A stretch of DNA of 57,810 nucleotides from Paraphysomonas bandaiensis (taxonomy: Eukaryota; Protista; Chrysophyceae): positions 1 to 57,810 of the forward strand of contig CBFFRP010000328.1 in assembly GCA_965644295.1 (NCBI GenBank). The letters are read 5' to 3'. Every line of letters starts with the position of its first letter. Position 1 is the first letter of the stretch. The notes under the pieces were generated by a model. That model did no database searches. It had not been told where the DNA came from and was given only the letters and a program-made list of their open reading frames with translations. A program made the translations under genes and the position numbers. Positions 25,181 to 35,461 of the stretch are shown here, in pieces.

Positions 25181-28100
25181 TTAGTGGAATTTATTTTCAT
25201 GTATCTTCAACTCTTCATATATTCCAACAGTTTGGCTGTCATGTGTACTAAGATCCTCCCACTTGGTTTGTTGCGGAAAACACTTAAGCTCTTCATATTC
25301 TCCCTGTGTTGTGCCTGTCACAGCCGATCGATCATCGAAATGCATTTCGCTCATAGTCAGCTCACTGAAATCAGTGCTAACGTCATCCCAATGTTGATTT
25401 GAATCAATAAAATGGGATGCTTCAGGCAATGCCGTCAAAATATCACCATCTGCTTCAGTATCACATGCAGCATATTGCACTACAGGCTTCCCCCTTTCGT
25501 TTCTCTGACCGACCTTTGGCGAACCCATGCTTATTTCATTTTCTGAGGTAGAGCTTGCTTCCTCGTGCCCTAGAGCAGCACCTTTCCTCGAAACCTCAGA
25601 AGTCAATCGGCCTGATTCTATAAAAAGTTTAGACGAATCATACATCTCTGTCTGAGCCTGCCACAGGACTTTATTCATTATTTTTCCAATAGGGTCACCC
25701 CCACTATCTGCAAAAACAAAGCCTTTGGTATTAGATTTAGCCTGAAGCTGTTTAATGTCATTTGGTATCAATAGTTGCCTTTGTATAACAGATGAACTGG
25801 AGCGTACGCTAAAATCTAATGCTGGGTTTGCTAGCCCGATGCCTCGGTTCATATTTTTCCATGCTCTAACCTGGTGCTCCTCTTTTAACTGGGCCCTTCT
25901 CTTCTTGACAGATGTGTGACTCGCTGGAGGCCTTGCTTTAGCAGAGTCACTACAGTGGAATGCAGGAGAAATATGCTTTAAACGTGCTTCCTTTTTACGA
26001 TTTGGCAGTACGTACGCATAGCGGTAAAGTAGGCCTAGGAAAAGTAAAACATATGGCAACGCAAGAAGGTATGGTGAAACTTCATATAAGTAGCCATTAG
26101 CTATGATAAAGCAGCACCAAGCTGTCGGGATAACAACATCCAGCATACATTCTTGCACCATCTCGTGACTCAGGGCAATAGCCACTGGAATAGCAACACA
26201 CAATGTTGTCAATTTTCCCATTTTCGCTGCTCTATTTTCTCGACAGAGTGCAACATCTTTGTCATCTAATTTCATCAGTAATTGAGCAGCCGGTAGATGG
26301 CACAGTTTGTCGGTTCTAGCAGCGCGGCATGATGCTGATAAGTGCTGTACAACTCGGACATCGCCGTACACAGCATTGTCATCTCCACCTCTAACCTTCA
26401 CATTCATTATATAGTTAAGAGTATGATATATTTTCTTCAATTGTGGTCTTAAGTTTTCAATAACGAACACATGAGTCACCATGACTAGGATCACTTCGTT
26501 AATAAAGACATCCTGTATTACAGCAATCACCACCTGCGCCCCCCATGCAAGCATCGTTACTCGTGAATGCATCGCGGCCCACTGCAATATCCAGTACATA
26601 CAAAACAGCCATATTGCGATGATGAGAGCCCAACACATCAACCAGGTCGTCCCATCCACCTCAGCTGGATTGGCATTATCAAATTGGAAGAACTGCTTTC
26701 GCAACAAAAAACGTTTAATGGGAGAAACTTGTTCCAATATAAAGTGCTGAATAAGTGCCGTGTCTCTGCAACCCTCTTCACCTTCAATAAAACTCTCCAT
26801 ATCAGCCTGTATTGCCTGCACTTGATCACGTACACGCTCCAATTTCCATTCGATGCGTTGTCTTGCAGTGTGAAAGAGAACGCGCTGCTTCAACGAAAGA
26901 GGCTCAGGAGTACCGTCTACGTAGACACCAAGTGACACCTGTATCGCCTCCAGATTAGCCTTGCGATCATCTGACAAATCACTCACTCTCCAAGGGTACG
27001 ACGATGACTCTGTTCCGTTCTCTAAAAATTTCTGAACATCGCAGAGAAGCACGTTAGCTTCTTCCTCGACAGTCAACTGGTCGTAATATGAATGTAACTC
27101 CATATGACGTTCAAACTCCGAGAGGTTGTGCTTGCCAAGCATATATGATATCGTCTTATGTAATTCCGACAGCTGTCTGTACTCTTGAATTGGACATTTC
27201 TTAGGAACTGAATACCATCGTGGCTTTTGCGATGCATAGTCCTCAATAATATGAGCAACAATAATTTGTGGGAGCACGGAAAGAAGACTTACAGATATGG
27301 CAACCACCATATAAAACTGTACACTGGAAGGAGGAGGGCGGAGAGTACATGACTTGTCATCATCGTCCCATATACATTTCTTCAAAGCACTTGAGTATGG
27401 AGAAGGGTCATTTTCACATTGTTCAGGAGTTGTATTGTTGTACTCTTCACAGGACTGGTCATCTGGGAATAATATACCGAAAAACAATGCATCAACGAAT
27501 AGAATGATCAGGACATATGTACACACAATAAAATAGCGATGTACGCGAGTGAGACGCAGAGAAGGGTAAGTAAATATTCGAATCCAATCGTGCTCCCGAA
27601 TGACAGCTGTTACGAATCGAGATAGTGGATCTTTTTCAGCTAATAAACTAGACGGTGGGAGGGCATCGTCAAAATACTGTCCGACTTTCTCTGTAAGATA
27701 ATAAAAAATGCCTGAGTGCGGTAATCGATTTTTCTCAGATACGTGTATTTTTCTAGAAGACTGAGTGCGTTGCAAAATATCTTGTTCATCACAGTTCCGA
27801 AGGAAACTCGTTCGAGAACCTGTGACCTCGGACGTATCCACTTCAGAATGAAGCGTTTGAGAAACAGACCCCACATTCTCATCATTGTCTCCCGAATCAT
27901 AGGAATCGATATGCTTTGTAAAAAATCTCTCCGCGTTTCCACTACGCGGTGTTGTTAAGCCTGAGGCAGATGACAAAGTAGCTGATATTACACTCAAATC
28001 CGATCGAGATTCATCAAGAAATTCACTGGGACATAGGCTACCCGAGCGACACGTCGCGGTGCGCGGACTTAATATATTGGTGCTCGACCTGCATTCTGAT

Positions 28101-31100
28101 ATACTGGATTCGGACAAAATGCGGGATCGTGTTACGTTTTTCAGGGAAGCCACTTGCACAGGTCGTTGTTTCGTATCGCGCTTTTGTTTATCAAAAATTT
28201 TCCAATACCTAGGTGTCATGAATGCAGCAGCCAAGCTAAACTTCTTCCTGCGTGCATTGATTTCAATCAAACCATTCTCTCGTGATGTTTTATCCGCGCC
28301 ATAAGCCTTTTGAACATACCGAATATAATTCGCATCGAAATCATCCCAGTAGCTAAGCCAAATTATGGTTATAATCATGATGAAGAACATTAAACTCAGC
28401 ACAGTTAATAGAGGAATCATAGCTTTCATGTTTGTGACAATATCAGCCGGATTATTCAGCAGAGTAGAAACCAACTCGGTACCGATAGAATCAACCATAG
28501 CGCCATACTCAAGTAGATTCGTGCTTGCCCCATCTCCATCGTCGTCACCTTCTTCGTAATCAAAATCAAGTCGACGCCTAGAATTTATATAGTGCGAGAA
28601 ATGAGGGTGGTCAGAGTGCAACCAGTCAACTTTCTTTCGTAGTCGTCGCCGAGATATTGGTGGGCACAACTCCAACAAATTATAGCATTTGAACTTCACC
28701 TCATACGCAGAGTATGACAAAACATCACAGGGACACGCAGTCAATGAACCACCAGTGAAAGTGGTACATCCAGGATCCGATTGAGACCAATTCTGTGGTG
28801 ACGTGTATTGCATTAACAACTCGTAAGTAGTGCTGTACTCTTCCTGTGTAGGTCCTACATCGACAGTGGGAACTTCAGCGACAGATGTAAAACGCAATAC
28901 ACGAGAAGTGAGTGCGCTCGTTGATGATACGTTGATGGCGGTGATATATGGATTATTGGTCCATTCTAGCAGGGAAAGACGCACATATTGACCAGCGGAG
29001 GCACTGGACCCACAAGCCCTTAAACCAGTCGACGGAAGAATAATGGTGGGCAATTTATTTTTCGAACCCGACGCAGGAGGGGTCAAAACTGCATTGGACA
29101 GGTTCTCTGCATCACCAAAACTTACAGACGCTTTAACACCATCACTAACTATTTCATAGGTACTTTCTCCACCAACCATGTTTCGGCTAACACTGGAAAT
29201 GAGTGAGTCCATAGTAATACTGAGCTCGCTCTCAATAGACTCTATGAGAGTGGTCAGTGTGCCATTGCCGATTCTACCGTCGTCGAGCATCAGTGATAAG
29301 GCATACGAAAATTTCGACACAATATTACCCATACTTACGTGAGGTGAGGTATGCATGTCATTGAGAAGAGCTTCATTGCTCAAGTACCCCATATCGGTGA
29401 TATTATTGAGCAAGCGCAATACAGATAAACACGATACCATTACATCTTCGTTGACAACATCATGCGGATCAAACGTCGAAGTGAGCGTTGCTGACAGCGC
29501 TTGCAACAGCTCGTGCGAAGGGTCAGTACTCCTAATCAAATACTCCAGGGACTGACACATGAATTCACGGGCACCAGTTCGATTAACGAATTCGGAATAA
29601 GTTAGCCCACATGAAGTACCATAAAAGCCAGTGCTACAGGAACACTGTGTTAAACAATTGGCATTGTCAGCAGCACATGTCTCCAGTTCCTTCAAACTGC
29701 TGGATTCCTTGAACAAACATACACCATGGCCAGAGCAATCGCTATCACTCACAGTGGTAGGACAGGGTTTCTGTGGCTGAGAACATGCACCAGACACACA
29801 CGAGTATGGAGTACACTCTGCATCACTCTGACATGTATCTCCTATGCTCAGCACAGTGAATTCAGACTCCTCGACGCAAGCAATATTAGATTCGCCATGT
29901 ACACCATAAAACCCATCCATACAACTCCCACATGTGTTCACCACTGTGAAACAGGGGGCACGATTGAGTGCAACACAATCAGGAGCGTTAGAGCAGTCGA
30001 CTGCACTCAATGCAATGGCACCTGTATTAACAGTCTGGACGATAGATGCCAAATCTCCTGATACGACAGCATCGTTCACCAAAAACCACAACGACGATAC
30101 ATAAGCAGCCGACTCTCCTTCATGGGACACAATGCTAGCGTACCCTTCTGCTCTAGCCCCGAAAATATCACTCACATGAACTGAGCATGCAATCGAGTAA
30201 TTTTCGCTGTTCAGACCGTTGGGCATGAAGGTATCCAGATATGATTTCTGGCTCGAAATTCCAAGTGTCATGAGAGTAGCTTCTGTTGTGTTTCCAGCTT
30301 TAGAACCTGATAACTTATAAAAGAAAGTGTAATACAGAGGATAGTCTTCGATGTCATCAATCCAATATGGTGCGTCGAAGAGAAAGCGGGTTTCCATTCC
30401 AATTCCTTCGCTAGGCGATACAGTAAGTTCTCCAGAAGATGGAGGTCCATTTGTTGACAATGTTAGTTCTGAAAACAAGGTCCCTGAAGTAGTGGAATCA
30501 GAGTGTAGAATCGTAGTAGTTAGCCGAAATGTATAAAACCTCCCACTAGCAAAAGAATTTGGGATACAGCTTAATGGGAAGTCCTGAGTTCCATTAGAAA
30601 ATACTTTCCTGGCAGGTGTACGTAAGTACGACTCCAATGGTAGAGCATTGCCACTATCGTCAAATAGTTCCCACGTCCCCAGAATGGTATCAGTTGTTCC
30701 CACAGCTTGTGATATCTTACCGTGAATTTGAAGAATAGAGCTCGATGAGAATTTCTTTATGGAAGTAGATATTGACGGCTGTGCAACAGTCCCCTCACTA
30801 TCAGAAACTTGTACACTGACGGTGTCGTATTCATAGCTCCCATCTGGTGCAAAAGCTGCAGCTGTAAATGTATATACTACCCCAGTAATCATTCCAGAAA
30901 CATCGACAGGGACAATATCCATAACAGGAACATAGCTAGGCAACGGAGTATTCAGCAAATGATCGCATGTATCCCCGAATACTACTCCGTCGACAGCATT
31001 CTGCATTCCTGTGACAGTACAGCTCCAGGAAAGTAACAGCGTACCAGTAGCAGAATGAAATGGAGGGACATCTTCCACTACAGAGTTAGAGGCATCAAAC

Positions 31101-34100
31101 TCAACTGTGCTGTTCGGTGCAACAAGTAAACTGCTAGCACCACGGATAGAAACATACACACTGCTTACATCTACGTTAATGGCTAATGATGCAAAATTTG
31201 ACGCCCCATTTTCTAGAGTTGCGTACACGTACACTTTGTATTCACCGCCAGCGTCAAGCGTATATGGATCGAGCTTGAATTTACTTGGGTCAGGACTAAC
31301 AGACTTGATGTGTGGTTGCAATACCGTAGATTTATATACTTTCCACGTAAATATCGTCCGATTAGAGGTTGAACAATCAGGCAGCTTTGCAACAGCTTGC
31401 GCTGAGAATGCGTTAAAACGTTTCACAGTTCTTAGAGCAGAACCTTCAATATTTACAGAGGGTTTGGAATATTGGGATGGATCAAGCACGGTTACAGCCA
31501 CGGAGTGAGTGGTAACACCAAAGGTTCCATTCCGCATAAAATTACTCAATCTCAAACTGATAGTATAAGTTGTAATTGAGAGTAATGAAAAGGGAACTCG
31601 AATTGGTGCTGATATCACGGTCGTTAGGTTTAATAATTTCCATATCTTACTGGCGTCAGTTTGATCTGCTGTAGACACTTTCCACTCAACCGATTTCCAT
31701 GGCCTGCCCCCATTTCCGGTGGAAGCAGACGCATCCAGAACCAAATCTGTCTGACACTCTCCACCTGGACGAGAAGAGGTCAAATACACAACAGGTTGTA
31801 GAATAGTGGCAGGGTAATTTACGGTAACTGATTGGGCCGCTGCGTATTCATTTGTCGCGCAGAGGGCGCTGTCATAGCATGATGCTTTCACCGTGTTATC
31901 ACGCAGCGTGATGATATCAAGTGGTTCCAAGAGAGACAACTGTTGCCGGTCCTTTACCTTTGCACACAGACCAGATCCACAAAATGTTATAGTAACACAA
32001 GTGTCACTTGTCCAGCTACATGACGCATAGTCCGATCCAGTAAAGGAAAAAACGCTGGTACACTTCCATTCGTTACCATGAGCTGGATTGAGCACTGAAG
32101 CAGCATAGTCCGTGCTCGAATCAAAACACAGAGATACTGAACGACCACTTTTCGAAAACACCGCATTTAAAACTCGGGGAGGAGGATGATTATCGTGCAA
32201 ACCAATGACTTCTAGTTCATGGGGAGGCGGAGTCAAGTACTTGGCTGCTCCCGGGCCTGAAACATCCAGCACAACAGTGTATACACGCCTCGCGTTCAAC
32301 GGGCTGACTATGAATGTCCTCGACAAGCCGTTTTTTCGGTTAATTGTCGAGAAATCATGGTGAGGTGGTATCGCAGTGATGTCGTCGGCCGGTGCTCCAG
32401 CTTCATTGAAAAACAACGGCGCTACAGTTATCGGAGAAACTTCCTCTGGGAACGCCTGAATATCATATTCGAATATGTACTTGGGGTGTGATGCTCCATA
32501 GACACCGTGTGTAACAAAGGTTGGGGCAGACAAGTATGAAATTTCACGGCAACATAAGGTCTCATTAGCAGTTTTCGTAAACAAAACCTCGTCATGCGTT
32601 ATACCAAGGCCGGTTGAATCCTCAATATAACAGTACACGTTGTATAGAGTTGATGCAATTAAATCAGTGATATTGACAATAACATGGATATGTTCGTGCA
32701 GATTCCCGGAAGGAATCATAACTGAGTGTCCCTCCGCCTTCAGCGCCGATCGCGTAATTTTCGATACAGCAAGCTCTTCATTCGAAAACGCATCACAATA
32801 TACCTGCCCACCTATCGGGGTTGTTGACACGTTTACGTGTACCAAGGCGTAGTTGCGCGAGGTAATCACCGACAATGATTCAATTGTCGCCACCTCTTGC
32901 TGCGCCGACTCCCGCGATAAAAAATACATGACCATGTAGTGCTTTGATAACGTCGTTGATGTTCCCATGATACACGATCCCTCTGTATATAATGCAATAA
33001 CTCCTATCTCAGGCTGACTACAAACTCGTGTCGCCGGGGTTCCGCTAGCTGACAGCAACATATCACAACCAACACATAAAAACCCAGGAGTTGCCTGCCA
33101 TTGGACTCCCCCACATTCAAATGACATGCTCTCTTCCGTGGAATATCCCGCAACTATCTTGACAAGCTCATTCGTCACCGTCTCGTTGGAGCAAGTGTAG
33201 TTAAAATAGAATCGAGTGCTGTTGACAGCTGCAACCCCAGAAAAGGCAATGGAAGCTTGGTAATATTCCAAGTCAAACGGAGTTGCCAGATTGCCTGTAA
33301 CAAATTCAGTAAATAATCTGTCTACTCTTGACACTTCGGCAAGGTTATTAACAGCATACGCCATCAACTGCTCATTATCACCTCGTGAAGATGAAAGTAA
33401 AGTGTTGCTTAAATCGGAATTGGAATCGTAAATGCTATAAGCTGAGACAACATAATAAGTCGGGACAGCTGTTGGAAAGTAAGTAGGAAGTCGGGTTGGT
33501 TGTGTCGTCAGCATACGAGTGGGTTGACAGGAAGGAACACATGTTGGAGACGTGGTTGGTGAGAACGTAGGTGAGAGTGTGCGATCATATGCGAGTTTAG
33601 TCGGCTGAACAGTTGGTGGGAGTGACGGTCCACTAGTTGGATATTGTGTAGGAATAGAAGTTGGGCCATACGTCGGAGCAGGAGATGGTGAATGAATTGA
33701 TGTTGGAAATGGTGATGGAAACATTGTCGGTTCAAAGGTCGGTTTTACTATGTGAAATACCGATGGACAAGTTGTTGGAAGAGGTGTGGCAGGTACAACA
33801 GGACGATACGTAGGAAGACAAGAAGGAGTATGTGTAGGTGCCGGTGAAGGTGTGGATGTAGGAACTTCACTTCGAGAGAAAGAAGGTAAATATGTCGGTA
33901 CATCGGTCAGTGAGTTAGTTGGGAGTACACTAGGACTATGAGTAGGATGCGAGGTTATGGAATTAGTTGGTCGGCTACTTGGCTGTGCAGTAGGCGTGCA
34001 CGTTGGGGGACGTGTTGGCAGCATACTAGGTTTAGTAGTGGGATAGAATGTAGGTGTGAACGTGGGCTGTAAAGTTGGCATTGACGTTGGTTGCACAGTT

Positions 34101-34894
34101 GGTATGGATGTAGGTTTCGAAGTTGGCATTGACGTTGGTTGCACCGTTGGCATGGATGTAGGTTTCGAAGTTGGCATTGACGTTGGTTGCACCGTTGGCA
34201 TGGATGTAGGCTCCAGAGTTTGCATGGATGTAGGTTTCAAATTTGGCATGGATGTTGGATTCACAGTTGGCATGGATGTAGGCTTCAGAGTTGGTATGTA
34301 TGTAGGTTTCAAAGTTGGCATGGATGTTGGTATCACAGTTGGCATGGATGTAGGCTTCAGAGTTGGCATGGATGTAGGTATCACAGTTGGCACTAATGTG
34401 GGGTTCAAAGTCGGCAATAAAGTAGGAATTAGCGTCGGCGTCCTAACCGGTGCAAGCGTGGGAACTACAGTGGGATTTCGAGAAGGGGTATATGTAGGGT
34501 GAGGCGAAACTGACGGAGTCCCCCGGGAAATATCAAATGATTCGCAGTTATCTGCAGGTGTTCTATATGGATGGTCATCGCATATGCAGCTCGTTCCATC
34601 AGAATTACATACTCCCACGTCATGACAGTAAATATTTCTCTCATTCGGGTTACATATTTGACCTTCTTGTAATTCGGGCCCAATGTGATATACACTACAA
34701 TATTCACTAGCCCAGTAGTTATACGGGTTATAGCAAACGCACCCAGTACCAGTGGAATCACACTTTCCACGCTCTGAACATTGTACTTCATTGGGAGTAT
34801 TAGGTACACATGAAATAGTTTGTGAGCGCAGAGGCAGTGCTCTGCAGCATATAACTGCACAAGATAAGAGAAGCAAAAGATCGCAACGCTTCAT
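25181..34894 (-). CDS. Giant polycystin-1/REJ-like membrane receptor, 3237 aa: signal peptide, two EGF-like repeats, PT stalk, REJ region, Cys-rich/EGF, GAIN-like region, ~8 TM
   Basis: Single ORF. Signal peptide MKRCDLLLLLSC; REJ-type motif NGPPSSGELTVSPSEG..METRF.FDAPYWIDD.EDYPL.Y.F.Y; basic RRRL sites before TM1; PKD1-like HDWIRIF.....LTRVHRYF before TM2. Confidence 0.85.
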   Translation of the reverse strand: MKRCDLLLLLSCAVICCRALPLRSQTISCVPNTPNEVQCSERGKCDSTGTGCVCYNPYNYWASEYCSVYHIGPELQEGQICNPNERNIYCHDVGVCNSDGTSCICDDHPYRTPADNCESFDISRGTPSVSPHPTYTPSRNPTVVPTLAPVRTPTLIPTLLPTLNPTLVPTVIPTSMPTLKPTSMPTVIPTSMPTLKPTYIPTLKPTSMPTVNPTSMPNLKPTSMQTLEPTSMPTVQPTSMPTSKPTSMPTVQPTSMPTSKPTSIPTVQPTSMPTLQPTFTPTFYPTTKPSMLPTRPPTCTPTAQPSSRPTNSITSHPTHSPSVLPTNSLTDVPTYLPSFSRSEVPTSTPSPAPTHTPSCLPTYRPVVPATPLPTTCPSVFHIVKPTFEPTMFPSPFPTSIHSPSPAPTYGPTSIPTQYPTSGPSLPPTVQPTKLAYDRTLSPTFSPTTSPTCVPSCQPTRMLTTQPTRLPTYFPTAVPTYYVVSAYSIYDSNSDLSNTLLSSSRGDNEQLMAYAVNNLAEVSRVDRLFTEFVTGNLATPFDLEYYQASIAFSGVAAVNSTRFYFNYTCSNETVTNELVKIVAGYSTEESMSFECGGVQWQATPGFLCVGCDMLLSASGTPATRVCSQPEIGVIALYTEGSCIMGTSTTLSKHYMVMYFLSRESAQQEVATIESLSVITSRNYALVHVNVSTTPIGGQVYCDAFSNEELAVSKITRSALKAEGHSVMIPSGNLHEHIHVIVNITDLIASTLYNVYCYIEDSTGLGITHDEVLFTKTANETLCCREISYLSAPTFVTHGVYGASHPKYIFEYDIQAFPEEVSPITVAPLFFNEAGAPADDITAIPPHHDFSTINRKNGLSRTFIVSPLNARRVYTVVLDVSGPGAAKYLTPPPHELEVIGLHDNHPPPRVLNAVFSKSGRSVSLCFDSSTDYAASVLNPAHGNEWKCTSVFSFTGSDYASCSWTSDTCVTITFCGSGLCAKVKDRQQLSLLEPLDIITLRDNTVKASCYDSALCATNEYAAAQSVTVNYPATILQPVVYLTSSRPGGECQTDLVLDASASTGNGGRPWKSVEWKVSTADQTDASKIWKLLNLTTVISAPIRVPFSLLSITTYTISLRLSNFMRNGTFGVTTHSVAVTVLDPSQYSKPSVNIEGSALRTVKRFNAFSAQAVAKLPDCSTSNRTIFTWKVYKSTVLQPHIKSVSPDPSKFKLDPYTLDAGGEYKVYVYATLENGASNFASLAINVDVSSVYVSIRGASSLLVAPNSTVEFDASNSVVEDVPPFHSATGTLLLSWSCTVTGMQNAVDGVVFGDTCDHLLNTPLPSYVPVMDIVPVDVSGMITGVVYTFTAAAFAPDGSYEYDTVSVQVSDSEGTVAQPSISTSIKKFSSSSILQIHGKISQAVGTTDTILGTWELFDDSGNALPLESYLRTPARKVFSNGTQDFPLSCIPNSFASGRFYTFRLTTTILHSDSTTSGTLFSELTLSTNGPPSSGELTVSPSEGIGMETRFLFDAPYWIDDIEDYPLYYTFFYKLSGSKAGNTTEATLMTLGISSQKSYLDTFMPNGLNSENYSIACSVHVSDIFGARAEGYASIVSHEGESAAYVSSLWFLVNDAVVSGDLASIVQTVNTGAIALSAVDCSNAPDCVALNRAPCFTVVNTCGSCMDGFYGVHGESNIACVEESEFTVLSIGDTCQSDAECTPYSCVSGACSQPQKPCPTTVSDSDCSGHGVCLFKESSSLKELETCAADNANCLTQCSCSTGFYGTSCGLTYSEFVNRTGAREFMCQSLEYLIRSTDPSHELLQALSATLTSTFDPHDVVNEDVMVSCLSVLRLLNNITDMGYLSNEALLNDMHTSPHVSMGNIVSKFSYALSLMLDDGRIGNGTLTTLIESIESELSITMDSLISSVSRNMVGGESTYEIVSDGVKASVSFGDAENLSNAVLTPPASGSKNKLPTIILPSTGLRACGSSASAGQYVRLSLLEWTNNPYITAINVSSTSALTSRVLRFTSVAEVPTVDVGPTQEEYSTTYELLMQYTSPQNWSQSDPGCTTFTGGSLTACPCDVLSYSAYEVKFKCYNLLELCPPISRRRLRKKVDWLHSDHPHFSHYINSRRRLDFDYEEGDDDGDGASTNLLEYGAMVDSIGTELVSTLLNNPADIVTNMKAMIPLLTVLSLMFFIMIITIIWLSYWDDFDANYIRYVQKAYGADKTSRENGLIEINARRKKFSLAAAFMTPRYWKIFDKQKRDTKQRPVQVASLKNVTRSRILSESSISECRSSTNILSPRTATCRSGSLCPSEFLDESRSDLSVISATLSSASGLTTPRSGNAERFFTKHIDSYDSGDNDENVGSVSQTLHSEVDTSEVTGSRTSFLRNCDEQDILQRTQSSRKIHVSEKNRLPHSGIFYYLTEKVGQYFDDALPPSSLLAEKDPLSRFVTAVIREHDWIRIFTYPSLRLTRVHRYFIVCTYVLIILFVDALFFGILFPDDQSCEEYNNTTPEQCENDPSPYSSALKKCIWDDDDKSCTLRPPPSSVQFYMVVAISVSLLSVLPQIIVAHIIEDYASQKPRWYSVPKKCPIQEYRQLSELHKTISYMLGKHNLSEFERHMELHSYYDQLTVEEEANVLLCDVQKFLENGTESSSYPWRVSDLSDDRKANLEAIQVSLGVYVDGTPEPLSLKQRVLFHTARQRIEWKLERVRDQVQAIQADMESFIEGEEGCRDTALIQHFILEQVSPIKRFLLRKQFFQFDNANPAEVDGTTWLMCWALIIAIWLFCMYWILQWAAMHSRVTMLAWGAQVVIAVIQDVFINEVILVMVTHVFVIENLRPQLKKIYHTLNYIMNVKVRGGDDNAVYGDVRVVQHLSASCRAARTDKLCHLPAAQLLMKLDDKDVALCRENRAAKMGKLTTLCVAIPVAIALSHEMVQECMLDVVIPTAWCCFIIANGYLYEVSPYLLALPYVLLFLGLLYRYAYVLPNRKKEARLKHISPAFHCSDSAKARPPASHTSVKKRRAQLKEEHQVRAWKNMNRGIGLANPALDFSVRSSSSVIQRQLLIPNDIKQLQAKSNTKGFVFADSGGDPIGKIMNKVLWQAQTEMYDSSKLFIESGRLTSEVSRKGAALGHEEASSTSENEISMGSPKVGQRNERGKPVVQYAACDTEADGDILTALPEASHFIDSNQHWDDVSTDFSELTMSEMHFDDRSAVTGTTQGEYEELKCFPQQTKWEDLSTHDSQTVGIYEELKIHENKFH
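33450..34520 (-). repeat. Coding Pro/Thr (PT) stalk, including 24-bp units encoding PTSMPTxx (~34060-34400)
   Basis: Repeated gttggcatggatgtagg units on the + strand; translation PTSMPTLK / PTSMPTVQ. Confidence 0.9.
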
Positions 34895-35461
34895 ATAGTG
34901 AAAGTATTAACTACTCAGACATAAAGATATCTTCAGAACCACTTCGTTGAATACATAGAATTAGCCACTTTAACATTGATAGTACAGAGGCTGTTAAACG
35001 TCAAAGGAGTGACCCTATTTCTAAGTGCGGTGTGTTGTATATCGTGTTCGGTGCCTGAAAAACAGCGTATTCTTCCCATCTGGTGGACAACCGAAATTTT
35101 ATTTTCAGTTTGAAGTGTTGAAGTTGTTGAAAAATGAGAAGGAAAAAGGGAAGATGCCAGCAAAGCGATCCAGCGATGAACGACTACCCCCACAAAAAAA
35201 ATGGACTCTAATTTTTCGTACACCACAACAGTGTTTGTTTATACAAGTGTTTATACCCATCATACCCTTCAACACGCACATGTAGAGATAGATAAGTAAG
35301 TGTAGTCCTGGTTGTCATCCCATAAGAAGGATACTGTTTTAATTTTACATCCCATGTCAGATGCGTTTCTATTGCGAAAGCATTTATTACACTGAGATAT
35401 GTTATTGTTTCATTGAATTTTTCCAAGATTTAGGATTTAGTTGTGATACATTGAAAGAAGC
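34895..35461. promoter_or_regulatory. 567-bp intergenic region between divergent start codons; candidate bidirectional promoter
   Basis: Positional inference only: the two giant receptor genes start at 34894 (-) and 35462 (+). Confidence 0.5.

Noticed and set aside
34056-34502. Antisense ORFs with VGMDVG / VGATVG repeats (also 39845-40048 and 41837-42292)
   Set aside because: These are shadow frames of the PT-repeat coding strand.
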